Source: Seison nebaliae (lineage: Eukaryota). From it: a DNA stretch of 64,000 nt. The DNA lies in NCBI GenBank assembly GCA_023231475.1, contig JALJEE010000107.1:1-64000 (forward strand). Reading direction: 5' to 3'. Under the pieces are notes generated by a model. The model worked only from the letters and a program-made list of their open reading frames with translations, did not search any database and was not told the DNA's origin. Both the position numbers and the translations under genes were made by a program. Positions within the stretch are counted from its first letter, which is position 1. Every line of letters begins with the position of its first letter. Below, piece after piece: positions 12,693 through 23,911 of the stretch.

Positions 12693-14712
12693 TCTCAATT
12701 TATCGAATATATTTGTTGGGAATATTAAATACAATTCGAACTACAAAGCTTTCAATTCCAAACGAAAAATTTGTTCCGATATCCATTTTTCCTCTTTCTA
12801 TCTATTTCAATTTCACTTCTCAACGGTATCTATTTCTTAACGAATTTCTTCAAAATTGTCGGCTTATCTCCAAACCGTTTCTTTTACGTTATTCCTATTA
12901 ATTTTTTCTTTCTCAAATGAATGTACTAAAAACCCTCGAGAATGCCACAACATAAAAATCACAATAATAAATCATAAATAATTTAACTCTAATAATAACT
13001 TTAATAATCAATAAAAATTAGTTGTGGATTCTAAGTTAGGAATATAAAATAGGATATTAAGAATATAATTTGAGAAACTATAGCTAAGGCCTTTTATCGA
13101 TATATATGTTTTATATTTTGCCCATAAAATGTAATATCTCGTGAAATGAAATTTTAAACATGGCTTAAAAAAATTAATTTTATAAAAATCATTTTCAAAT
13201 TAGATATCGTGCACAAAACTTGAAAATTTGCACAAAAAATGCAAAAGTAATAGTTTCGAGAACCAACTTTAATAAAAATTTGAGTAAAAGTCTGTTTGGT
13301 GCACAAAATACTAAATTTTTAATTCTTCAGAAGTTCTGAAAATACGTAAACTATCAATAATAATATTTACCAAAATTTGTATTTGTGGAATATTATTAGT
13401 ATTTGAGATATAATTAATGTAAAACACTGTACTGTTCCCTAAAAATACCCATAATTATGCAATTATTTGACATTGAAGTTTTTTTTTAATTTAACATCTT
13501 AGAATGTGATTTTTGAAAGTCAAAAATTTAGGGAAATGATTATTGTTAATGGTAATGCTAATGTTAATATAAATGCTAGTTAATAGATTATTGAGATTTT
13601 AATTTATGGAGAAGAGAAAAAATAAGAATTTTCATCATGGAAAAGTCTCTGACCACTCCACGCTCCTGCAGAATTTGAATTTTTTAGTTCACAAATTTCT
13701 GAAACGAGATTTTAAAAAATGGAAAAATGTATGTATACTCGTGATCTTATTTGTCCGTTCTTTCAAGATAAAAATCCTTCAATTCTCAACGATGATGCGG
13801 AAAAGAAAGCCAAAGGAAAATCATCTGGTTCCAAGAATATCACCAAAGAACGTGCATGGATTCTCAAATTGTTCTCACTTTTTTTGTTTCCACACATTCG
13901 AAACGAATTATCCAGAGCGTTCTTCTCTTCTTCTCTTAAATCAAAATTCATTTTAAAGTTGAGTTCTATCGTTATACTCCTTGTAGACGATTTTATTCTG
14001 TTCACATTCCTCTCGTTTGATGGTCATAGGACGGCTTATTGGGAGGACATAGATGCAATCCTTCTTTTCTTTCCACCAAATTTGCTACCACTTCCCATTC
14101 TTATGTATATTCATTTATTATATTTTATATTATATTATTAGTTTTCTTGTTCAGATTTTACATTGCCAAATATTCTATCAGATTACTCACCTGTCAGATG
14201 GTCCATCTCGTAACATTTCTCTCATAGAGTTCAAAAATTTCAATTTCTCATACGATTCGGAGTCTAAATTTTCTATCAATTTTTTCTCATTTATCACGAC
14301 GGGAATTTTAAATAATAAATAAATATTTATCATAGCTAATGAAGAATTTATATTGGTATGAAATTTTAAATAGAAGTCTTGTTGTATGCTGTCTAACGGT
14401 ATGTTTCTTTATGAATATAATGCTATTTTAATAAAATTTCAAAATTTTCAAATTCAAATTTTCTCTGATTAATTTTCAATTCAGTAGTAGAATCACATTA
14501 GAATTTACTTTTCGAAAACTATAAATCATTCTCATTAACACTTTTACCTTTATATCAATAAAGTAAAATGGATGAACAATGAAATGGAGATTGTTAATAA
14601 GAGACAATGAGCAATTTTGAAAGTTTATATTGTGAAACTATGAGATGAAAATAAATCAAATTGTAAGTCGATCTAAAGATGAGTTAATAAGTACGATATA
14701 TCGCCACGATCA

Positions 14713-16452
14713 ATGGAACAAATGGATATCCAGTCTCTATTAGAGTCGGATGACGATTCGAACTCGAACGAACATACTCTTTTGTTATCCAGTTCCAATC
14801 AAGTAATCGTCACCAACGAATCAACAGATGAAGTATCAATCTGGAAGAAATGGAAATTGATTGATACACAAAAGAAATTTTGTTTCTTCTTCGCTTGTAT
14901 TCTCTCCTTCTCCACCAGTTTGATGTATGGATTATTAATTCCATTCTTCCCAATAAACGTTCGTATTTTCTGATCTATTTCAATTGTATATTGATGACTC
15001 TTTTCCGTTTGTGTTAGGCCTACTCCAAAGGATGTTCTTTTAGTGACATCGGATATTTCTTCTTTATTTATGAAGGAGCATTTGTCGTCGCTTCATTGAC
15101 TATTGGAAGATATGTTAAATTTTTTCTTTTCTAATTATTTTCCTTATTTTCTGATAGTTATCACATTTAGGAGTGAAATTCACCGTCGTCTCCGCAACTT
15201 TCTTTCATGCAACTACTACAATTTTATTCGGTCTCGTCATCTATTCTAAGCCTGGACTCACTTTCAAATTATTGACATTCATCATTCGAACGTTCGAAGG
15301 ATTCGCCTGTGGCGCTTTCGTCACATCAGCAACGACGATGTTAACAAGTCTCTTCACAGATGATATGTCTAAATTTATGGTGTTTTTCCTTTTAATTTAT
15401 TAATGAAATTTATTTTTTAGGGAATTCAAGAATTCTTCTTTAGTTTAGGAATGATGACTTCACCAATCATCGGAGGATGGATCTATGAAGTTCATTTCTA
15501 TCCATTTCAATTATTTTATCTTGTTAAACAATATTATATTTAATAAGAAATGTGGTTTCTCTGCACCGTTTTATATCGTCGGAATTTTCGAACTTATTCT
15601 CATGATTTTCACATTCAAATTTATGCCCTCAATTAAACGTTAGTCAAATAATATTTCGTTCATTCTCTCAATTCATTTTCAGCTACACAAAGTGCGGGAA
15701 ATGATTTTGATAAGAAAATTCTAAAATTTTTTGTATCACCCGAAATTTTATTTAGTGTATTTCTTGTGGCATTAGTTTCTTTTGGTTTCGGTTATCTCGA
15801 TCCCACTTTCCAATTAATCGTTGCAAAAGTTTTTTTTATTTTATTTTTTTTTAATTACTCTTTCCCCCTCCCCTCAGTTTTCCAATAGTTCATCAACTGC
15901 TGGTTTGTTGTTCGGATCGTCATGTATACTTTATGGTTTATTGACGCCAATTATTGGTTTATATGTCGATAGACATTTGCCACGTGTAATCTGGTTCTTG
16001 GTGATTGGTGGGATTTTATCTGGTTTCGGTTTCTTATTATTATCTCCATGGCACGTCGTTTTTTTCTGGCTACATCGAAACATGGTGATGTTATGTATAT
16101 CGATGGTTTTATTTGGAATTGGATTCGCATTAATTTCCATTCCAACGTTAACATACATCAACAAGATGGCTGAGTTTCCATTCTTTCCTTCTAAACTATC
16201 TATATAATTATAACTACAACTTCTTTAATTAGACAAAAAGGCTTTCAAATGTCTTTTCAACTTCAAGGAACATTGGCCGGTGTATTTAATGCGGCAATGG
16301 CGATGGGCTTCGCTTTCGGTCCTATTTATGGTGGAGTTGCTGTAGATACGATCGGACTACAATTGTCTAGTTCCATTATCGGTTTCGGAGTACTCTTATG
16401 TACTCTCTTCCTAATTGTAAGTTATTTCATTTCAATAAGAGCGCGCACTTAA
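14713..16452 (+). CDS. MFS transporter, SLC18B1-like (vesicular amine/polyamine transporter family); introns 14959-15017, 15114-15157, 15380-15420, 15490-15547, 15639-15682, 15829-15877, 16174-16232
   Basis: Continuous multi-TM frame after splicing, with LLIPFFP, IRTFEGF, GMMTSPIIGGWIYE|KCGFSAPF, GYLDPT and GFAFGPIYGG. Confidence 0.85.
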
Positions 16453-16880
16453 AATTGTTACGCGAATTTTTCACTCTGGAAATTTTCTTTTGAAATTAAA
16501 ATTTCTCTTGTCCATAAATAATAATAATAATAATAACGGATTGTCTCATGTAATATTTGAGGAAATTGATGTAATACTTTTGATGCATTACTGACATGAC
16601 GCATAAAAGAACTGAAATAAGGATAAGCGAAATTAAAAATAGTCGATTAAACTTTCTCTCGTTCATTTTCATTATCTTGCACAATAATCAATAATTACCA
16701 TATAATCGACACGGAAGTGATAATTTCTTTCTTTAATCGATTATATAGCCAATAAGAATAATTGCATCACAAATTTCAAATAACAATTCTAGTAAGTAAC
16801 TCATTACAATAGTTCAATTGCTATTCTTCCTAACATTGTAAGTTGTATTTGAAAAGTTAAATTTATCGAATCACAATGTC

Positions 16881-16952
16881 GGTTCTATGGTGTAGCGGTG
16901 AGCACTCTGGACTTTGAATCCAGCGACCCGAGTTCGAATCTCGGTAGGACCT
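16881..16952 (+). tRNA. tRNA-Gln (anticodon TTG)
   Basis: GGTTCTA/TAGGACC acceptor stem; A-box TGGTGTAGCGG; anticodon arm CTGGA-CTTTGAA-TCCAG with TTG at 16914-16916; T arm CCGAG-TTCGAAT-CTCGG; TTTT just downstream. Confidence 0.97.
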
Positions 16953-17372
16953 ATAATTTTATCTGTATATTTTAGAAGTAATTAAGATAATTTCAATTTA
17001 ATTTTTCTATATCTTTAATTTCTATTTTTCCGTTATGGAATATTCATGTGGAATATATGTATGAAATTTATACCGAATTTTTTGAATTCATATAATAAAT
17101 GTTATGTGAGTTCTTATATCTTACTTTATTTCACAACTTCCAAACTTCAGAAGAAGTATAGTGGTGAATAAAAAATCAAATATGGTTTATTGTCTATATT
17201 ATTTTTACTTAATTTACCATCTCTTGTCTCCTGATATATGTGCAATTTAATAATTTAGAGCGGAGGAAGAAATTTAATTGAAATTTTATTGCGAAAAATT
17301 ATAAGTGAAATAAAAGAAATAATAATTTTTGTGTTTAGGTATTAGGTATTAGGAACATCAATTTGGAGTAGA

Positions 17373-17647
17373 TAGGTGTTGAGAGATGTATTTGAAAGTA
17401 TCTTGTATATGTCTGGTCTTTACATATCTTCGGGTTTCCCTCTCAATGAAATTTCATGATCTCATTGTTCTCCCTCAGGTTTATCTGTTCCAATGAGGGA
17501 GCCGTGATAATCGGAGAATTCCTCACGGTTCCTTGTCTTGGGTGGACCTTCGATAAATTTCCATAATTCTTTTGGTAATTCCAAGGCCGACCCAAGACAT
17601 TTGGAATTCCTGGAACTCGTTAGGAAAATTCTTCCCAGAACTGCCTA
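17373..17647. ncRNA. Candidate structured RNA of unknown family (about six consecutive stem-loops)
   Basis: Perfect inverted pairs at 17407-12/17422-27, 17444-49/17462-67, 17470-77/17494-501, 17502-07/17523-28 and 17534-43/17590-99; an imperfect pair at 17604-11/17622-31; visibly GC-richer than its flanks. Confidence 0.45.
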
Positions 17648-18323
17648 CTAAAGATAAAAGGAGATATATTATAAAATTGAAAATATAAATAATTTTCGTC
17701 TCAATTTATACTCGACGTCCAAAAACTATAAGCGAATTGAATTATGACACGTATTGAATGTGAACGAACGACTGTTGTACGTATAATAATTTCATTGGAT
17801 AAATATAAAATTAAGATTAATTAAATTACTTTATCATGTTGCCATGGAAAGAGAATTGAAGTTATTTGTGTTAATTTTAGAGTATTCTAAAAATTAGTTT
17901 TCCTTTAAAAATGAAGCATAACCAAAAAACGACAATTTGTTTTGACGTTTATCGACGCTTTCTTCACCAAACAAGTTTCTCCCACTCATAGTACTTCCAA
18001 GCTACTTTTTTTTATACTTTTTATAAAAAAAAAGGGAATCGTTCTGCGAAGAACATATAAGAATACATATCTACATTTATTAATTATAAAGTCAAAACTG
18101 AAAAATTATAATGAAATTCACTGAACAAACTGTCAGTAATAAGTTTCCTTCCAATTCTTAAACTTACAAAAATTCCACATTAACATAATACTTCATAAAA
18201 AGATAGTTTCCAGCACTTTGTGACTACCGAATAAGTTCCACAATCGCTGTTCTATATTTAGAAAATCCATAATTATTCTTTTCTTTCGGGTCATCGGGCC
18301 GCGGAGCTTTCGGTCAACCCAAA

Positions 18324-18464
18324 ATTTCGGAGAGGAATTCACTCTCAAAATAGTGAGAAATCCATTTCGGAGAGGAATTGACCATTTAGATCGATATCCG
18401 GGAGAAATTCAACTCTAAAGTCATATATTAACTCCATTTCGAAGAGGAAATCACTCTAAAGTCA
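18324..18464 (+). repeat. Degenerate direct-repeat cluster with ~36-40 bp period (ATTTCGGAGAGGAATT...ACTCTAAAGTCA)
   Basis: atttcg(g/a)agaggaa at 18324, 18364 and 18436, a weaker copy near 18397, and actctaaagtca twice. Confidence 0.75.
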
Positions 18465-19105
18465 AAATAATCATGAATCGTTTATATAAGGAATTTACTA
18501 AGATTTGCCAATTTTTTTTCTTTCAAAGTTGATTGATTAAATTCCACATTTATCATGGTAGGTTTAATGTTTTAATCCAATTTATTTTTTTTTTTTTTTT
18601 TTTTATTATAAAATCAAATCCCCTCGGGGTAAATTAAAAAGAAAATGAGATAGATTACTGTACAAATTGTCAATGATAAGTTTGGTATATGATTAGTCAT
18701 ATGATTGGTATAGTCATATAGTAGTGATTAACGTTTGTTGTTGAAAGAAGACGTAAAACGAAGAATTGTGGAGAGTCACTAGATAAGGAACGTTGGTCAT
18801 CAGGGAGGGACATTGGGAAATGATACCGAAGATACGAATAAAAGGAAGAGTAGTTTATTGTATGGAAAAGAACTAATTTAAGAATTAATAAAAATGATGA
18901 ACACGCGTGAGTCTTCAGTTTGAGATTGTATTTCGTTCCATTACAGATAATAATATTATAATTACAGATTCACGAAGGAAAATGAATGGGATTCATGGAA
19001 ATGAGAATATTGGAAAAATTATATTAAATAATAAGCGAAAGGTTAAAATAGGTAATTAAATAAAATAACATTTAGAATAAATATAAGGAATAGTTCAATG
19101 AAGTG

Positions 19106-22100
19106 ATGGCGAATAACAAAGAATGGTATTCGATGACACAGATCGGTGGTATTACCTCGAACATAATTATAGGTAATTTATATAAGAATGAAGATGAATA
19201 TGCTCATCATATTTCCACGTCGTCCTTTAATAATAATGCCGTTGTCACTTCATTGATTCATGGGAAACATTTATGGTTGTATTTAGCCCGTCAAATGACT
19301 GTGATGAATTTCAAAATAAATTTATCTTCTAATATAAAAAATCGATCAAATAGATCTCCGATCAATGGATTATGTTCATTATCGGGACGATCAGACAATA
19401 GCAGAATCATAAGTTGTTGTGTTGAATCGAAATGTGATACGATTCTGGTATTTGTTGGTTGTAGTGATGGAAGTGTTCATTTGTTGAATAATCATTTGGA
19501 GCCATTGAGAATTATAAAGAAATATACGAATATGGGATTGAATCAAATGAAAACGTTCAAAAATGGAGAGAATATTCATCTTGTTCTTCTCTATAAGAAT
19601 TCCTCGATATTTCATGTCGAATTAACGAATGAATGGTTTGAATATGCTATAGTAAAGAAGAAGAAGAATTTGGATGAAGAGAAATATTTGGAAGAAATCG
19701 AATCGAAATTATTAAATATCGATATGAATTTCCATTCACTTCTCAGAAATTTGAATAATGATGAAGGAACTTTAAATTCTTTTTTTAATTTCGTCATTGA
19801 TCCAAATGACTCGAATAAATCAGATGGACGAACATATTCAGATATAATGAGAGCGAATGCATTCGCTCTCCATTCGATTGATAAGAAAAATTTGAAAAGT
19901 TTCTCTAAAAATTCCACCATGATAAATTCGAATATTTTCGATAAGAATTACCGATTATGTCTCATCACCAATGAACGACCGTCAACACTTCTCATTGTTT
20001 ATTATGATCTGAATGAGAAACAAACATATTCAAAGATTCTCTCTCAAGTCTGGAATTATATTCCACAATCATTAAATTTGATAAGTTTCCATCATCATCC
20101 AGAATTGAAACAAGAAATCGCAATGACATCTCATCCCAATGGAGGGAATGAAAGAGTTTGGTTAAAGAATGAACGTCATTTATTAATAAGGAGACAACAT
20201 TTAGAGAATTGTGAGAATAATGATAGTCCGATCATTCTACAATTTTCTGACGAATATTCTTATGAGAATTTAGTGATGAGTTCTGATGGGAATCATCTCA
20301 TTTGTTTATGTGCTAATAATCGATTGAGAATTCGTTCATTGAAGAATTTCCGTTTAACACATAACTTAAAAGGATATCGTAATGCAGTGGTTACTTCATG
20401 TTTGATCAATTCAAGAAATATTCCGTCATTTTCTTCCATTTGTATTTATGTTCCAAAATTGAATATTTTCGATTTTGTTAATGGAAATCAGTTGGATAAT
20501 ATGAAACGAATTGAGAATTCTTTCAAATATGATTTACTCGATAACTCGGAATGTTCGATGGATTTGTTGTTTGATGATAATACATTTGCCTTAATACCAT
20601 CGAAGAATCAATATAATCATCTCATCTTCTTAACTTTCTCATTGAACGATTTTCATGAAAATATCAAAATTTTTCAAATGAAATTTCTGAAAAAGAGTGA
20701 ATTAAATCAATCGACTGATAATTCGATGACAATATCGATAAACGATAAATTGAAAAATATTGATATTATTAAAACGACGACGTTGCCAATCCAAGAGAAA
20801 GATAAATTGATCTGTCAAATTTTCTCTTCTCATCTCTATTCGTCGACGATGGAGGAGAATGATGAGAAATTGTTCAATAATCATTTAATGGAATTGATGG
20901 ATCGATTGGGAGAATTAAATAATGAAAAGATCGACTATATTAATGAAATTAATAATCAATTTACAAATATTTATATAAAAAAATCGAAATTGTCATTTAA
21001 AACCGTTTTCAGTCATTTCATTTTATTAATGAAATTAACTCCATTTGATGAATTATCGACAAATGAGTCATTTGACAACTCTAATCAGGATGGTGACTGT
21101 AAACAATTATTTTCTTACATAATTTTCTTTTCCGTTTTATTTTATGTTTATTTGGAGATGATGATAAACAAATCAGAAATAAAACCAGATGAAATTCAAT
21201 TAATTGAAACTGACAATTTACAATGGAGAACATTAACAGAATTAACGGAGAATGATAATTTAAATGATTCTTTCAACAACATTAAAGAAATTGATAATAA
21301 TATTTCATTCAATACATTTTTCGAATTATTTTCATTTGATCGAAGTCGAAGTCATTTCAATATGGAAGAATTGACAATCAATATCGATAATCATATAAAG
21401 GAATTGATTGGGATTTGGAGGAGAATCATTATGAGGAACGAGAGTATATTTAATAATGAATTAATTATACAATTGAAATGTATATTGGACTCATTTGGAA
21501 ATGATTATCGATTATCGATTGGCAAAGGAAGAAATTCGATTGCTATTCCAGTCATCTATAATTTGTGGAAATCAAAAAATTTAATTAAATATTTTTATGG
21601 AATCGAATTTATAGAAATGCTCATTAATTATTTAATGGAAGATAATATTATGGTAACTGTTAATGAGAATTATTTGGAAACGGTCAATCAACTGAAACCG
21701 ATAATTTCCATCGTCAAATTTGAATGGATTGAAGAATGGAAATTATTTAAAAAATCATCAACTGAACAATTTACTAATTATTTTTTCGATGTATTAGAAG
21801 AAGGTATTCATCAAATTAATGACAATACACTTTTCTTGAAATTATTGACTGGGAAATTTTATCAGAAAATTATCAAATCGAATAATTTAATGGGAATGAA
21901 TCGATTTTATTCATTGTTGAATTTAATTCCATTACAAGTCTTTTCCTCTAACGATTATCATCAGTTGTCATTGATTATGAAAGAATTGAAGGAATTTATT
22001 TATGTGAAAGAATTAACATTACTCATGGATAAGATTCGAATATCGATCAACGAAGAAAAAACGATAAGATTTGAAAGAATTGACAATGAATCAATTGTCG

Positions 22101-23911
22101 ATTATAGATATTTAACCAGAAGATTCGTCTCCTCATTTTTGACGCTTTATCAAATTATAGAAAATAATCAGAACTTAAGTGAACAAAACAATTTTCAAAT
22201 GGATAATTTACTCGAATTAATTGACATATTGAAATCAGATAACAATCTCAAATTTTTAAATATTCGATCGATTATTTTTGAATTGTTTTCTGAAATATTC
22301 TCCCGATATATCGATGATGATTCACAAATAAGTTTATCGATTTGTAAGAATATTTTATGGAACAATCATTCGACCCATAATAAATTATGTTCAGTCATTC
22401 ATGTAGAGGGGATGATGGGAATATTTGTGGAATTCACTCGAGCCATCTTCTCTAAAGTTTTACTTCAAAATATTTTACTTAAAGAAACGAACGTCAGATA
22501 TATGGAAACATTAACTTATCAATTACTCTTATATTCACAATTAAATAACAACAAAAATGAGATTAATGATGTGACAGAGATGTTTGTTGATGCCATTGAT
22601 GATAATCGTCCAATTATCTTCAATAATTATGGATGGTCAAATCAATCAGAATATTGTGAATTCAATGAAGAGAGATTTCTATTAATTCTCTTACTAAAAT
22701 TAATAGATAAAGATATGAATCGATTAAATCAATTATCGATCAATATCGATCATATTTCTTCATTTACTTTCATTCAATTGAAAATTATTTTATTCTTCTC
22801 AAAATTGGACGTTTTCATTCTGGAGAAATTCGGAAAAAGTCTTCCAGAAAATTCATTTTTAAATAATCCAAATCTTTTCACACAATCGACTGATGACGAA
22901 TTATATGATAATTTAATTTTCCTCATCTCAACGTTGACGTCAGATGAATTACAAGAAGAAATTCTTTTTTTTCTTAAACGTTCTTATGAGGATCATCAGA
23001 AGTATTTAGTAAAACAAAACAATATCGTACCTTCAATTAATGAATATAAAAATCTTGTGAAATTCATTCAATCGATATTTGTCAATACAAATCTATTAAT
23101 ATTTGATCATCAAATGATCCGAGAATTCTTTCAACGACTTATCAAACATTCAAATTCCAATGTCATATTTTCTGATTTTTATAAATTATTGAACGATTTC
23201 TTTAACATCCATTTCGTTGTTCAATTATTACAAATGGGTTCTCCATATCTCATTCTCATTCGTCGATATCTTATAACTGCCATCAATCTCGATAATGATC
23301 TCAGAGAAATTTTAATGACTCTACTCTGCGACCATTTCGTTTATCCCATTTTCTTTGATATCATCGTCTTCATATTAGATAAGAAATCTTATATTGGAAT
23401 CGACAGTAAAATGAGTGCCCCAGTGAAAAAGCGTGAAGCATTTTACAAATATTATCATGTACATTTCCACAATGTCTTCAATCGGAAAAACAAGAAAAGT
23501 TTCACTATCAATACAATTCGAGCTGATGATCTCAAAAATTTATTTGATGAACTCTTTGCCATTATTCCGGAGACGGATTCTTGTTTTATCAGATCTGAAT
23601 TATTTCAATTGTTGAAAACGAAAATGAACCTGATGCAAAAACGATTAGACAAACGGTTTGAAATTATGGATCTATTCTCTCACACTAAAACTAGAGATAT
23701 TAAAACTCGTGAAAAATTTTATGAGATTATCGAACATTATGAAGATAATTTCAATATCATTTCTTATATTCTTCAACTACTCCAAATTATGCAGTTGATT
23801 ATGCAAGAAGTCGTCAACTCAAATGATGATATTCGTATTATAAAAGAAAATGAATTACTAACTACCGTCGTTCAAATCCTTTTACATGTTCGCGTCAATA
23901 AATTTACTTAA
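19106..23911 (+). CDS. Intronless ~1600-aa protein, probably a divergent Rab3 GTPase-activating protein non-catalytic subunit (RAB3GAP2-like)
   Basis: Uninterrupted 4.8-kb ORF. N-terminal beta-propeller-like motifs occur in RAB3GAP2 order: LVFVGCSDGSVHL, LVLLY, LVMSSDGNHL..LKGYRNA (cf. WKGYRDA), IYVPKLNIFD (cf. IYAPRRGILE). Confidence 0.6.
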   Translation: MANNKEWYSMTQIGGITSNIIIGNLYKNEDEYAHHISTSSFNNNAVVTSLIHGKHLWLYLARQMTVMNFKINLSSNIKNRSNRSPINGLCSLSGRSDNSRIISCCVESKCDTILVFVGCSDGSVHLLNNHLEPLRIIKKYTNMGLNQMKTFKNGENIHLVLLYKNSSIFHVELTNEWFEYAIVKKKKNLDEEKYLEEIESKLLNIDMNFHSLLRNLNNDEGTLNSFFNFVIDPNDSNKSDGRTYSDIMRANAFALHSIDKKNLKSFSKNSTMINSNIFDKNYRLCLITNERPSTLLIVYYDLNEKQTYSKILSQVWNYIPQSLNLISFHHHPELKQEIAMTSHPNGGNERVWLKNERHLLIRRQHLENCENNDSPIILQFSDEYSYENLVMSSDGNHLICLCANNRLRIRSLKNFRLTHNLKGYRNAVVTSCLINSRNIPSFSSICIYVPKLNIFDFVNGNQLDNMKRIENSFKYDLLDNSECSMDLLFDDNTFALIPSKNQYNHLIFLTFSLNDFHENIKIFQMKFLKKSELNQSTDNSMTISINDKLKNIDIIKTTTLPIQEKDKLICQIFSSHLYSSTMEENDEKLFNNHLMELMDRLGELNNEKIDYINEINNQFTNIYIKKSKLSFKTVFSHFILLMKLTPFDELSTNESFDNSNQDGDCKQLFSYIIFFSVLFYVYLEMMINKSEIKPDEIQLIETDNLQWRTLTELTENDNLNDSFNNIKEIDNNISFNTFFELFSFDRSRSHFNMEELTINIDNHIKELIGIWRRIIMRNESIFNNELIIQLKCILDSFGNDYRLSIGKGRNSIAIPVIYNLWKSKNLIKYFYGIEFIEMLINYLMEDNIMVTVNENYLETVNQLKPIISIVKFEWIEEWKLFKKSSTEQFTNYFFDVLEEGIHQINDNTLFLKLLTGKFYQKIIKSNNLMGMNRFYSLLNLIPLQVFSSNDYHQLSLIMKELKEFIYVKELTLLMDKIRISINEEKTIRFERIDNESIVDYRYLTRRFVSSFLTLYQIIENNQNLSEQNNFQMDNLLELIDILKSDNNLKFLNIRSIIFELFSEIFSRYIDDDSQISLSICKNILWNNHSTHNKLCSVIHVEGMMGIFVEFTRAIFSKVLLQNILLKETNVRYMETLTYQLLLYSQLNNNKNEINDVTEMFVDAIDDNRPIIFNNYGWSNQSEYCEFNEERFLLILLLKLIDKDMNRLNQLSINIDHISSFTFIQLKIILFFSKLDVFILEKFGKSLPENSFLNNPNLFTQSTDDELYDNLIFLISTLTSDELQEEILFFLKRSYEDHQKYLVKQNNIVPSINEYKNLVKFIQSIFVNTNLLIFDHQMIREFFQRLIKHSNSNVIFSDFYKLLNDFFNIHFVVQLLQMGSPYLILIRRYLITAINLDNDLREILMTLLCDHFVYPIFFDIIVFILDKKSYIGIDSKMSAPVKKREAFYKYYHVHFHNVFNRKNKKSFTINTIRADDLKNLFDELFAIIPETDSCFIRSELFQLLKTKMNLMQKRLDKRFEIMDLFSHTKTRDIKTREKFYEIIEHYEDNFNIISYILQLLQIMQLIMQEVVNSNDDIRIIKENELLTTVVQILLHVRVNKFT

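Noticed and set aside
13595..14322. Cluster of short overlapping ORFs; a minus-strand frame with several in-frame stops
   Set aside because: No recognisable protein and no consistent exon model; it could be a decayed gene or transposon fragment, but I cannot support a call.
17455..17580. U1 snRNA-like words (catgatc, cattgttctcc, cataattcttttggta)
   Set aside because: Spacing and stem arrangement do not fit U1, no ACTTACCTG-type 5' end is present, and the Sm-like word lies inside a long hairpin.
18324..18464. CRISPR-like repeat/spacer appearance
   Set aside because: Only 3-4 degenerate copies, spacers share sequence, no cas genes, and the context is eukaryotic.
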